DNA from: Nemertoderma westbladi
Taxonomy: Eukaryota; Animalia; Xenacoelomorpha
Length of the DNA stretch: 64,000 nt
Assembly: GCA_032718475.1 (NCBI GenBank)
Contig: JAUCBJ010009092.1
Coordinates: 184,337 to 248,336 of the forward strand
Direction of reading: 5' to 3'
In this document: in pieces, positions 14,957 to 26,600 of the stretch
Layout: each line of letters opens with the position of its first letter
Numbering within the stretch: the stretch's first letter is position 1
Notes under the pieces: generated by a model
Told to the model about the DNA's origin: nothing
Databases searched by the model: none
Seen by the model: only the letters and a program-made list of their open reading frames with translations
Translations under genes and position numbers: made by a program

Positions 14957-15546
14957 GCTTCGCGCAGCACGTGAGACCTTGACGCAGCACGTCAGACCTT
15001 AGCGAAGCACGTGGAACCTTCGCGCTGCACGTGAGACCTTGACGCAGCACGTCAGACCTTAGCGAAGCACGTGGAACCTTCGCGCTGCACGTGAGACCTT
15101 GACGCAGCACGTCAGACCTTAGCGAAGCACGTGAGACCTTCGCGCAGCACGTGAGACCTTGACGCAGCACGTCAGACCTTAGCAAAGCACGTGAGACCTT
15201 CGCGCAGCACGTGAGACCTTAACGCAGCACGTCAGACCTTAGCGAAGCACGTGAGACCTTCGCGCAGCACGTGAGACCTTAACGCAGCACGTCAGACCTT
15301 AGCGAAGCACGTGAGACCTTCGCGCAGCACGTGAGACCTTGACGCAGCACGTCAGACCTTAGCGAAGCACGTGAGACCTTCGCGCAGCACGTGAGACCTT
15401 GACGCAGCACGTCAGACCTTAGCGAAGCACGTGCGACCTTCGCGCAGCACGTGAAACCTTCGCGCAGCACGTGAAACCTTCGCGCAGGACGTGAAACCTT
15501 CGCGCAGCACGTGAAACCTTCGCGCAGGACGTGAAGATTCCACGTG
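14957..15546. repeat. 20-bp minisatellite with a 60-bp three-unit higher-order repeat, rich in CACGTG
   Basis: Units CTTCGCGCAGCACGTGAGAC / CTTGACGCAGCACGTCAGAC / CTTAGCGAAGCACGTGAGAC alternate; 20 CACGTG counted by eye. Confidence 0.95.
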
Positions 15547-15679
15547 CTGTTAATTAATCGAGCAGCTCGGAAAGCCTTCTGATAAGAATGAAAAGCCTTT
15601 ACGCGGAACATTAATGTTCATGCAGCACATGAAGATTTCGCGCAGCATGTGGAACTTAAACAATAATTAATTAGGAACA

Positions 15680-15685
15680 TTTATT
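15680..15685 (-). terminator. Candidate polyadenylation signal of RAD54L
   Basis: AATAAA on the minus strand ~60 nt downstream of the RAD54L stop codon. Confidence 0.5.
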
Positions 15686-15743
15686 GAAATTATGATAATA
15701 GCTAATAATTAATTGCACAAATAAAATATTAGAATCCCGATAA

Positions 15744-17975
15744 TCAAACGGTTTTCCTTTGGGATTCGTGGGACTTTTGGTGAAAAACAAAAGAAATGAC
15801 TTTAGTCTGAGACCAAACGGTCTTTAAAGCTAAATCCTCTACGGCTGAGCGCGCGGAGGAATGTAACCATAGCGACAGATCTGATTGGCAGGAGGAACCT
15901 TCTGGGGGTGGCCGTGTCTGTATCCCGTTGACGCAACGGACGCACCGCAATCTATCGTGGGTGTCGGAAGCGGTGTCCGCGCGATACTGAAACAACTCCC
16001 GGAGATCCTCGACGCTGTAATGCCTCGCAACGTCCTCAACCTCGTCGACCACGCAGGAGCTGAGCGCCTTCTTGTGGGATTGTCGTTGGAAGATCTTCTC
16101 CTCGATGGATCCGCTCGAGAGGAGTCGGTAGATCCAGCAGGGCTTCCGCTGTCCGTCGCGCCAGACTCGGGCCATCGCCTGGTCGTCGTTGGCCGGGTTC
16201 CAATCGGGGTCGAACATTACCAGACGGTTGGCCCCGACCAGATTGAGTCCGCAGCCCCCGGCCTTCGAGCTGAGCATAAAGACGAAGAGCGAGGACCCCG
16301 GCGAGTTGAGTTGGTCGACGAGCTTCTGCCTCCGTTTCGTCGTCATGGAACCGTCGAGTCTAGCAAACTGGTAACCCCGCAACCCGCACAGTCGCTCGAA
16401 CAAGTCCAACGTCTGCGTGTAGTTGGAGACGAGAACGACGCGGTCCGACGTGGAACTACGGATCACAGCGAGGAGGTAGTCGAGAACGAGGAACTTACCC
16501 GAGAGTTCCGGTTGGAACCGTTTCGTCTTCGGAACCAAATCGGGGAAACTTTCCGATAGCAAATCCGGATGGTTGCACAACTTCTTGAACTGAGTGATTG
16601 CTGCCAGAGCACCGGAACCTCCACCGGTACCGGTGCCACCGGGACCTCCACTGGAACCGGAACCACCACCGGTACCACATAAACCTTCGGGATTACACAA
16701 CCCAACTAGTTTCATATAAATTTCAGTCTGTTTTTCGGTCAACCGACAACAGACGATCAACTCCGTCTTTACGGGAAGGTATTTATTGAGCAAGGCGGAT
16801 GTTCTCCGTATGAGACAGCGGTTGACCACCGCTATGAGCTGCGTGAGTCGCTGCTGTCCGACGGTCTGCTGCTTCTCGGTCGCGTCGGCGTCCCGTCCCC
16901 GGAGGATCGGCGTCTCGTAGTTCCTACGGAACTCGCCGGCGGTGCCCAGCAACCCCGCGTTCACGAACTGCACCAAGGAGAAGTACTCGAGCAGGTCGTT
17001 CTGCACAGGGGTCCCGCTGAGAATCACCCGTCGTTGGGTCCCTAACCCGTCGAGGGCGCGGTACGTTTGGTTCTCCGAGTTCTTCAGCCGATGGCCCTCG
17101 TCGCATATGATAAGTCCCAACGCCCCGCGCCCAATCGCGCCCGCATGGAGACGGAGTGTCTCGTAGGAGATTATCAGCACCGGTTCCACAACCCGGGGGG
17201 GCCGCTGCGACATAAACCTAGCGAGTTTCCGATCGATCTCCTCCTTAGAGCCCGAGTCCACCGTCAAACAATTCACCTTTCCTTTCAACCACTTCGCGAA
17301 CTCATTCTGCCAGTTTTTAACAAGTGAGGATGGCGTTACTATGGCTACCTTGTCCACGGTGGGTCGGCATTGCGGACTTTGCCGGAGTAGAGTCCAGACG
17401 AGACTGACGCACTGCAGGGTCTTCCCTAGACCCATCTCGTCCGCCATAATAGCCCCGTAGGAGCCGTCTATCACGGCCCCGGTCACGCAGTCGTATAGAA
17501 ACTTTACTCCTTCGCGTTGGTGCGGCCGCAGTACCCCTGCGACTACCGGGTCCACCACAACCGCCACTTCCTGTCTGCTGGGGTCCGCGGTCAGCTTCTC
17601 CTGGGCGGACAACTCGGACGGCCAGTGGAGGACCAGAGCGTCTGTCTCGTACGGGTCGTGGGCTGGTTGTCGGACACCGGAACGCTTGTAACCAAGGGAA
17701 CCAGCGCGGTTCGAACCCGTGTAGTTCGGAATGGGAACTTTAAACGGGCGGATGAGAATCCTACGGATAGTTTCTTCGTGGGATAGAATATCATCTCCTA
17801 TTTCCGCTACCGTTACCGTGGTTACCGGGTTTACATTCTCCCCAACTTTTGTTTTCTTTGACTTGGTCGTTTTAACTTCACCGTCGTTCCGATCAGTACT
17901 GGTATCAATAGGAAACTTAATACGCGATGCCACGGGTGAATTCAATAGCTGACTCGGTGCCAAACTTCGCTTCAT
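15744..17975 (-). CDS. RAD54L: DNA repair and recombination protein RAD54-like (SNF2-family translocase), 743 aa, intronless CDS
   Basis: The N-terminus [10 protein letters not shown] matches the conserved Rad54 start, so the ATG at 17975 is preferred over the GTG at 18005. It has the Rad54_N PFKVP motif, [11 protein letters not shown], Walker [14 protein letters not shown] box, [52 protein letters not shown] and C-terminal [10 protein letters not shown] zinc residues. Confidence 0.97.
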   Translation of the reverse strand: MKRSLAPSQLLNSPVASRIKFPIDTSTDRNDGEVKTTKSKKTKVGENVNPVTTVTVAEIGDDILSHEETIRRILIRPFKVPIPNYTGSNRAGSLGYKRSGVRQPAHDPYETDALVLHWPSELSAQEKLTADPSRQEVAVVVDPVVAGVLRPHQREGVKFLYDCVTGAVIDGSYGAIMADEMGLGKTLQCVSLVWTLLRQSPQCRPTVDKVAIVTPSSLVKNWQNEFAKWLKGKVNCLTVDSGSKEEIDRKLARFMSQRPPRVVEPVLIISYETLRLHAGAIGRGALGLIICDEGHRLKNSENQTYRALDGLGTQRRVILSGTPVQNDLLEYFSLVQFVNAGLLGTAGEFRRNYETPILRGRDADATEKQQTVGQQRLTQLIAVVNRCLIRRTSALLNKYLPVKTELIVCCRLTEKQTEIYMKLVGLCNPEGLCGTGGGSGSSGGPGGTGTGGGSGALAAITQFKKLCNHPDLLSESFPDLVPKTKRFQPELSGKFLVLDYLLAVIRSSTSDRVVLVSNYTQTLDLFERLCGLRGYQFARLDGSMTTKRRQKLVDQLNSPGSSLFVFMLSSKAGGCGLNLVGANRLVMFDPDWNPANDDQAMARVWRDGQRKPCWIYRLLSSGSIEEKIFQRQSHKKALSSCVVDEVEDVARHYSVEDLRELFQYRADTASDTHDRLRCVRCVNGIQTRPPPEGSSCQSDLSLWLHSSARSAVEDLALKTVWSQTKVISFVFHQKSHESQRKTV

Positions 17976-18379
17976 AATGACAAATGATATAGGCCGAACC
18001 GCCACAATTAGTATAATGATGAAAAGGGAATAAATAGGTACAAGTGTACAACCCGGCTCGAGCTCGAGACGTCTTCTGCTCTCGCCTCGTACCCTGACTT
18101 CAGCAATCTGGCAATTATTATTATTATTATTCGCTCAAAATTAGAAATGTTAAAACAATAAATTGACACGATAGGGATAGGCCTATATCAGTGTAGGCCT
18201 ATCTGCCTATAGAGGGGAAGACATCCCAGGACGTTGGACTTATGAGAGTAGGAGAGTTCAGTATAACATTCAAATTGTAGATAAATAGACAATCAGACAA
18301 TAGAACAAATAGACAAAATATAGGTACAGTATACTGTAGTACATTTTACATTTAAAAAAAAGTCATATCGTCGATATTA

Positions 18380-19000
18380 AAAACAATACAGTAAATACAT
18401 ATTAAAAAACAAGATATACAGTAGATACATATTAAAAATTATTAAAAACAATATATACATACAGTAGACTGGTAGACATATTAAAAACTATTAAAATCAA
18501 TATATATACATAGAGTAGATACATCTTAAAAACTGTTAAAACAATATAATATATACAGTAGTGTAGTGGCCATATATATATATTAGGGGTCATCGAACCT
18601 GAATTGAACTAATACTGTTGTACCTTACTGCAGTATGCACCTATCACTGTGCACTGTACTGCTGTATCAGCCTTCCTGCCTTCTGCATGTCATATTATAT
18701 TTTACTGTGTTACTTCATACTTACTGACTTATGTAAATATTAAACGTTGAGAGACTGCGCTCTCTACAGTAGATACATATTTAAAACTATTAAAAACAAT
18801 ATATACAGAGTAGATACATATTAAAAGCTATTAAAAACAATATATACATACATATACAGTAGATACATAATAAAAACTATAAAAAACAATATATACAGTA
18901 AATACATATTAAAAAACAAGATATCCAGTAGATACATATTAAAAACTATTAAAAACAATATATACATTAAATACATATTAAAAAGTATTAAAAACAAGTC
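18380..19000. repeat. Degenerate AT-rich tandem repeat (~30-45-bp unit with core ATATACAGTAGATACATATTAAAAAC), interrupted by an insertion at 18562-18768
   Basis: The core motif recurs on both sides of the insertion. Confidence 0.8.
18562..18768 (+). mobile_element. 207-bp solo LTR-like insertion (4-bp TSD, as in many Gypsy elements)
   Basis: Ends are TGTAG...CTACA, flanked by GTAG at 18558-18561 and 18769-18772. It contains a TATA-like run and ATTAAA at 18739-18744. Removing it restores the host repeat unit ATATACAGTAGATACATAT. Confidence 0.65.
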
Positions 19001-19182
19001 ATATAGAACAGAGACAGGGGGGGGGGGGGGGGGGGGGAGGGACTGGACGCAAATCCAATCTTGGAGAATTAATATCCCGCCTCAATGTTAAATTCTCAAT
19101 TTAGGGAAAGGAGCAGGTTACAGTTTAAAAGGACAAAAGGGATTACAGGTTAAAAGAAAAAAATAAATATTATGTATTACTT

Positions 19183-21955
19183 CCCAGTAAAAAATCCGCA
19201 TTCGTAACGCATGGGATGGCGCATATTTCACGCATTCGTAACGCATTCTGAAATGTTATATAGATGAACCATGCGATACGAATGCGAAAACCGAACCAAA
19301 TACGCATCCTTTATTCGCATATTGAATGTATTACGAACCTTATTTGAATCCCGCACATTCTACGAATGCGCCCCTAATCTTATACGAATGTTTCCCGCAC
19401 ACGATACGAATGCGTCCCGCATGTTATATACGAATGTTTCCCATGCTATACGAATGCGTTACGAATGTTTTACGAGTGTTATACGAATGTTTACCGCAGG
19501 ATTTTTATTTTTTTATTATTTCGCTACAGTTTACATAGTTTTAACAGTTTACAACTGTTAAAACGTGTCCATTTTATTTTATTTTTTTGAATATACTTGA
19601 TATTCCGAATCGAATATGAAAGCCATTTTCAATTTCCCCAAAAAAATGTTCAGATATAATTCAAGAGCACGCAATTTCAGACGTAAATCGTTATAGTTAT
19701 TATTATACTTATTTTATTATTATTGATGGTTTATTATTTTTTATGATATTTTATTATTATATTATTTTATTATATTATTATATATTATTATATTATTATA
19801 TTATTATATTCCGGAAGCTCTTCGAATTGGTATAGCACAGAGAGTTGGTGCACCTATCTGCCATAAACACACCTGCAAGTGTGGCAAGGAAGTGGATATT
19901 CTTGGGCACCATGCACTGTCCTGCCGAAACAGCATGGGTAGGTTCCCACGTCATGCAGCTCTCAACGATGTGCTGAAACGTTCACTGAGCAGAGCTGGTC
20001 TACCATCTGTCCTGGAACCTACTGGGTTGGATAGGGGAGATGGGAAACGTCCTGATGGTATGACCATCTACCCCTACTCGAAAGGCCGGTGCCTGGTATG
20101 GGATGCTACATGTGTGGATACCTTTGCCCCATCCCACATTATTCGCTCTGCCATTGAGCCATCCTCAGCATCAGCAGCAGCGGAGGAGCTAAAGCGTGTG
20201 AAATACCGCAATTTGGGTCAGCAGTACCAATTCGAACCCCTGGCCTTCGAGACCACAGGAGTATTCGGTCCATCCACCATCAGCGTGTTAAAAGATCTTG
20301 GCCGAAGACTCATAGCGGAGTCAGGAGACCCACGCGAGAGCTTGTGGCTGAAGCAACGCATCGGGATAGCCATAGTGAGGGGGAATGCCCTTTGTGTTCG
20401 GGGTTCAATCAGCGCTGTGGAATAGAGTTATTCTCGCCGAGGTAAAGGGAGTAGATCAAAGAGTCATCGAGGTAAAGGGAGTAGATCAAGGAGTCGTGGA
20501 GGAAAGGGGAAGAAGAAAGGAAAGAGAGGAAGATCGAAGGGGTGTGGGAAGAAAGGAGTGGGAAAGTCGATATCTAATCAATTCGATGTTGCAGCTGTAT
20601 GGAAGAAGTTGATGAGAGGAAAATAAACAGTTGGAATGTCATTACAGTACTTTAGGTTAATATGATTGTTTATTTTAATTTAATAGAATAAATGGCCTGC
20701 AGTGGAAGCAAAAAAAAAAAAAAAAAAAAATATTGATGGATTGAATATGAATCACTTAATTATTATTATTATTACAACTACACCAGGTGCGTTGCAAGTG
20801 TTAATAGATTAAATCTATAATAGATTTATGTGTTTCTTTTGCTGATTCGAATAGTTTGAAATTTAATTTTTATTATTATTATATATATATTTGATTACTT
20901 ATTATCGAAAAAAAGCGAATTAATATTCTAGAATATAGTAAAAAAAACATTGAAATTATGTTGATGCTTCTCATAAAATGTATGCCTTTGATGTATTTTG
21001 TCTGTAAGATTTTTTTACCATTTATAAGTGTAGGGCCTACCGTAGCAGTTACCGGGTTCGACCTGGAGGCCTAAGAAACTGTGTGAGAATATCACCATCC
21101 ACACGTACAATTTAATAAAAATGCCACATGTTTTATAATATGTATTGGTACTGTACTGTAGGCCAGCATAAATAATGACAACAAAAAACTACTGTAATAA
21201 CTTTGGGAAATGAGTACTACTGTACAGGGGCTAAAACTACGGGTGGGGGGGGGGGGGGGGGGTGCCTACATACTATAAGTATGCCTACATACTGCAGTTC
21301 CTTAAGTTAATAAAGTAGTTTTATGTTGTCATTATTTATCTCACCTAGCCTACAGTACATAACCTTTACATTATTACAGTATATCAAGCATGTTGGTAAA
21401 GGGAACAGGTTTACATACCAAAATAATGAGGAACCAAAATAATAAACGGGAGTTAAGAATTACTGGGCAACCCATTAAATAAATATATAGTAAAAGTACA
21501 TGGGACTGGCTGACTGGTAACAAAGGGGGAGAGCTACTAACTAATAACACTATGTTCGATTATTTGCCGAATGGTGATTGGCCAGTATTACAGTCTGTAC
21601 GGTACTCTAATTGAGAGTGCTTTGCATGCGTATCGCATGCGTCACGAATGGACCACGAATAATTTTAAGCGTGGCGTGGCTAAGCATTCGTATCGCATGT
21701 GCCACGAACGAATGAACCACGAATTATTTTGTGTGGAGTGGAAGCATTCGTATCGCATGTGCCACGAATGATGAGCCACGAATATATTTACATGTGAAAT
21801 CTCACATGCGATACGAATACTATACGCATTCGTTAAATTATTCGGACTGACGAACCATTGACGAAGGCTTCACGAATCTTAAATAACATTGCACGCACCT
21901 TTTACGAATGCTGCATGTGGTACGAATGCGTTACGCATGGGGATTTTTTACTGGG
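19183..21955. mobile_element. Non-autonomous DNA transposon, CACTA/EnSpm (CMC)-like
   Basis: TIRs are CCCAGTAAAAAATCC...GGATTTTTTACTGGG, extending imperfectly to ~30 bp, with TT on both flanks (possible 2-bp TSD). Subterminal TACGAATG/CATTCGTA repeats are dense at 19198-19490 and 21625-21935. No transposase is present. Confidence 0.75.
19811..20730 (+). mobile_element. 5'-truncated non-LTR retrotransposon with a restriction-like endonuclease (CRE-clade-like), nested in the EnSpm-like element
   Basis: The frame from 19811 to the stop at 20425 reads PEALRIGIAQRVGAPICHKHTCKCGKEVDILGHHALSC (CCHC knuckle), RH..LND, KRPDG, WD.T, K..KY, FEPLAFETTG.FG. AATAAA is at 20687, followed by an A21 tail ending at 20730. 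Candidate TSD TATTGATGG at 19721-19729 and 20731-20739. Confidence 0.85.
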
Positions 21956-22089
21956 TTACTGCCGCTTGTGTAACTGCACTTGTACACTGCCACCATGTTT
22001 ACTGCCACTTGGCGCTGAAGGGAAATAAGCATAAACATATATACAATAGACATATATTAATAGAACATATATTACATAGAACATATATT

Positions 22090-22488
22090 AATAAAATTCG
22101 TGTTCTGGTAAATAAAATTGTGAGGGCTATAACATTCAGTGAATGGGATTGCCACTCTTTTCCCATTTATCGTCGGTTAGAAATTTTGCCCATTCAAGCT
22201 TTGTATAAGTTAAATGTTGCCAAGCTCATGTTCGATGCGTTTCATGGTTTATTACCTTCTGGTTTAACGAATCTCTTTCGTTTATCTAATACTGTTCATA
22301 ACTATAACACTCGTGGTTCATACAATACTAATTTCTTTATTCCTCGCTTTCGTACTGTCCGTGGACAAATGTCCATACAGTATCAGGGCCCTATTATCTG
22401 GAACGAGATACCAATTATCATACGGTCCACACAAAAACTTTCGACCTTTTCCAAAAACTTTAAGGCACATCTTCTCAGCGATAATTAA
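22090..22488 (+). mobile_element. 3' end of a CR1/L2-group LINE ORF2 (Crack/Daphne-like), truncated
   Basis: NKIVRAITFSEWDCHSFPIYRRLEIL...HNYNTR...SIQYQGPIIWNEIP...FSKNFKAHLL is the typical C-terminal tail of these ORF2 proteins. The RT core is absent. Confidence 0.75.
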
Positions 22489-23625
22489 TCTTCCCTTTTT
22501 TTTTTAATTTTCTTTTTTTTTCTTTTTTGTATTTCTGGATTTTTAAATTTCTTTTTCGATAGCTATTCTATGGTATTTCATCTAGTCAGATTCGATCTCT
22601 CATTATGTTGTACATCCCTTATAATTTCTCAATGTAGGTCTCTTCAGTAGTCCCCCCCCCCCCCCCCCCCCCCCCCCAGTCCCCCTCACGGTGGTAGCAA
22701 CCTTCAAGCTATGGCTTTTCTGTTATCACCCTTTTCTCTCTGTTCTCAGTTATCGAACCATTAACAAACTGGCTCTCAATCGTCCACACTAACATGTATG
22801 TGTTTAATATATTTTGTATACCAGTAATGCATTTATCAAAGGTGGAGGTTATTTTTAACATTGAAAGAGAGAAATAAACGAAACAATACACCAAGCTGGT
22901 TTATGTAAGTAGTACATAATATTTTTTTTTTTTTGTAAATTTCCATTGTATTCGTACAAGCTCCCGGGCACTTTTTTCTCGATTACGAAATACCATAATT
23001 TCCAGCACGAAATCAAAAAGCTGCATAAGCAATAAATTTATTGTTAAAGCCAGTTCATTAAGGCAAAGTCCCATGTTAACAAATCCAACAGTACAATATG
23101 CCGCCTGGGTTATGGGGATACAGAAAAGGTTGAATAGTTATGAAGTGGTCATCCTTGTGTAAGTGCTTCCTTATGAAGTGTCGGTGGTTGTCGGGTCGGT
23201 GTCATATTTAGTCAAACCCTTTTTTATCTACTGGTAATGCAGTAATGTACTTCTGTACTTTTTATCTTGTTCTCGGTCTCACCAGCTCGTACCTGTCTGC
23301 TTGTTTACAGTCGTGCGGGGTAGGCTGTAGGCCAGTAGGCCTACCGATTTCTTCCTGCTGTACCGATATTTCTGTGCATGCCTCGCCTGATATCTCAGTA
23401 TCTGGATATCTGCATATGGTAGGCCTATATTTCAGTATTTGATACATGATACATGTCCCGACTGTCCGATTGGTGTTATAGATGCAGAGATGCGCTAGGC
23501 CTACTGTAGTACTGTCTTCCTCACTTAAGACAAACCGTACCTATCTTGTATCTTCTTCCCCATGATTAAAAGGCTTGGTGAATAACGATAAGGACACCGG
23601 AACTGAACAAACTCCTTATTAATAA

Positions 23626-26600
23626 ATGGATACGCGGCCAACACGGGAGTCGATTTCGTCCCTGATGGTGTTAACCGATGATCCGTTACCAACAGACAAA
23701 GAAACACTTTCCCCTTCTATTCCCAATATTCACGTCGGAATTTCTTCGCACTGCAGTTTCACAACCGAATTCAGACAAAATCCAGATCACCATGAAAATA
23801 TGCCAGTGCTAAGATCGAGAATACGACGGGTTAGACGATTTAAAGGTGCAAACAGCCCACAGTATCAACAAGTAATTGCGTCAACAGAAGCTAAAACATC
23901 AGATGATATTAATAATAAACAACGTATTTCTAGTGATGCAAAAGCGCAGTGTGATGCTGTTTCAATGCCAGTAATATCACCTGATCCTAAAAAGAAAAAA
24001 TCTCCATGGACTACAATCGAGAAGGATGTTTTCTTTGAGGGTTTGAAAGAATACGGGAAGAACTTTCCCAGACTTCAGGCATTCTTGTCAACTAAATGTA
24101 AGAACCTAACAGGGGATGTTAAGGCCAAGGAATCAAGATGTCGCTTCTATTACTATCGGACTTGGCACTCCCTGATGAAAAGCCCTGAACTGAAACTCGA
24201 TCCAAGAGCGTCGTCTATCGTGAGGGAATTGTTTTGTTTAATAAATTACGGGGAGTTCAGGAAATACGTCCCACTCAATCGAGGAATCGATGTAAAAAAA
24301 GGTAAAAGACTCAACCAGCTCATCAATAAAGGTCACACTGTCTACCGTGCCCGAGGAAAAGGCAAAAACTTCAAGATAAAGACTCCTATTTGTCCCGCGT
24401 TAAAAAAGCTTATGACATCACAAGAGCTTACAGATGTGGTTGAAACTCTACCCGCCTCCATCACTGTCAGCCTTCTACCGAAGACAATGAATGCCTTTCG
24501 TTGCGTACAAAGCATTGCACAGAATCCCCGACTACAGATAACTATCCCTTTAACCAAAACCATCGGTAATTTATTAAACTTCCTGTCGCAAAAGTGGAGC
24601 TACATGAATGCGAACAGTCCAATAGTGACCCTCCCGATCCCAGATATCTTGAGGAATGGGCATCTCGTTCTAGCCTTGGATGACTCATTGCGCTCTTCTG
24701 CTGTTCCGGTTGAGAGTTACCTGAGTCAGCGGAACTCCGGGTATATTGTCGGGTTGGAGGATTACATGAAGATTTACGGCCAGTGCCAACCTACTGAGAC
24801 AATGACAGATGATGAGGACGCATACTGTGGGATACCGGACGTTGTGGGAGGTAGTGGGGGATGTGAGCGGGACAGTGGGGGACATGAGGCGGAGGGTGGG
24901 GGATGTGAGCGGGACAGTGGTGGACATGAGGCGGAGGGTGGGGGACATGAGCGGGACTGTGGGGGATATGAGGCGGAGAGTGGGGAACGTGAGCGGGACA
25001 GTGGGAGACATGAGGCAGAGGGTGGGGGGCATGAGCCGTACAGTGGCAGTGGGGGGCATGAGTGGGACAGTGGTGGACATGAGCTGTACAGTGGGGGATG
25101 TGAGCCAGACAGTGGGGGATGTCAGCTGGACATAGGGGGACATGATGCAGATAGTGGGGGTCGTGTGCCGTACAGTGGGGGATGTGACCCGGAGAGTGGG
25201 GGATGTGAGCTGGACAGTGGGGGATGTGAGCTGGACAGTGGGGGACGTGATCGGGACGTTGGTGAACGTGAGACAGAGAGTGGAGGTCATGAGCCAGAGA
25301 GTGGGGGATGTGACGCGGAGAGTCGTGGTGGACGTGAGGCGGATCGTTTTATTCGTGAACCGTACAGTGGTGAACGTCAAACGGAGTGTGAGGGACGTGA
25401 GACAGAGAGTAGGAATTGTGTGTCAGACAGTGTTGACCAAATGGAGGGCAGTCGGGATTGGGTTGCAGACACTGGGAGACGTGTAATGGACAGTGTAGAA
25501 TCTAGGCCGGATATATATAAATTGTCGGACACCGAATTCACTGGAAAAGAGACAGATGTTATTACAGACATTGCAGCTGACGACAATACTTTTTCCCAAT
25601 TTGTTTGTATAGCCTCCGACAGTTATTCTCCAGTCAAACCATCTACTGCGGACACGATCCCGCCACCTCCACTGCCTCTAACGAACCCAAACCTTCCTAC
25701 CGAGTTCTCATTGAGAACTCATTCCCTTAGTGAATCCAATACTCGTACAGTTTCCCAAGCACCCATGAACAGTGGTGCGCAAACTTATTTGCCCATGGTC
25801 AGTAGTGCGCCAACTTATTCGTCCATGGACAGTAATCCGCCAACTTATTCGCCCATAGACTGTAATCCGCCATCTGCTTTGCCCACAGACTGTAACCCGC
25901 CAACTGATTCGCCCATGGGCAGTAATCCACCAACTGATTTGCCCACAGACTGTATTCCGCCAACTAATTCGCCCATGGGCGGTAACCCGCCAACTGATTC
26001 GCCCATGGGCGGTAACCCGCCAACTGATTCGCCCATGGGCGGTAACCCCCCAACAGACCCACCCACTGCATTGCCCACCGAGTCACCAGTGTCGTGTCGG
26101 TCATCGAACCAACTCGATACAATGAGTGAGTTTAGTATGGACCTACCGGACCCCATGGGTACTGACAGCATGGGGATGGTAGACCAGCCGGTGAGTCGGG
26201 AGGGTGTTAGCGGTCAACCAATGGGAGGCAGTGGTCAACCAATGGGTGTAAGTAGCTCATTGTTTAGCGGTCTCTGGGATGCTTATAGTCCTCCGCTCTC
26301 TAAACTCCCATCTTCGCCCCCAAAGATCGTCTCCCCCAGCACTTTGTCCTCCTCTATTCACAAATCGTCTCTCCCATTTAAGAAGCGCCCGGTCTGCCGG
26401 GAGGAGCCCGTCCAGTCTGTAACTACAGACAGACCCGCGGTCACTGAGGATCGAACCCGTCGACTGAGCTGCACCGAACCCCTGCGGAGGAAGGTTTATA
26501 CGATGCACGACAACGGGAAAGTCATCGAATTTAAACGCCTCGATCCTGTTAGTTCCGAGGAGCTGGACGGGTTGCGAGCCAGTTGGAGTCGCAACACCGA

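Noticed and set aside
15839-17952. Overlapping antisense and alternative-frame ORFs within RAD54L (similar ones occur in CRAMP1 and MIOX)
   Set aside because: Shadow ORFs expected in GC-rich coding DNA; no recognisable motifs.
17976-18005. GTG start of the RAD54 ORF given in the track
   Set aside because: This is a eukaryotic gene and the conserved [10 protein letters not shown] start is at 17975.
21889-22090. N-terminal part of the 199-aa ORF at 21889
   Set aside because: It reads through the EnSpm-like TIR and AT-rich sequence. Only the part from ~22090 resembles LINE ORF2, so it is not a fusion gene.
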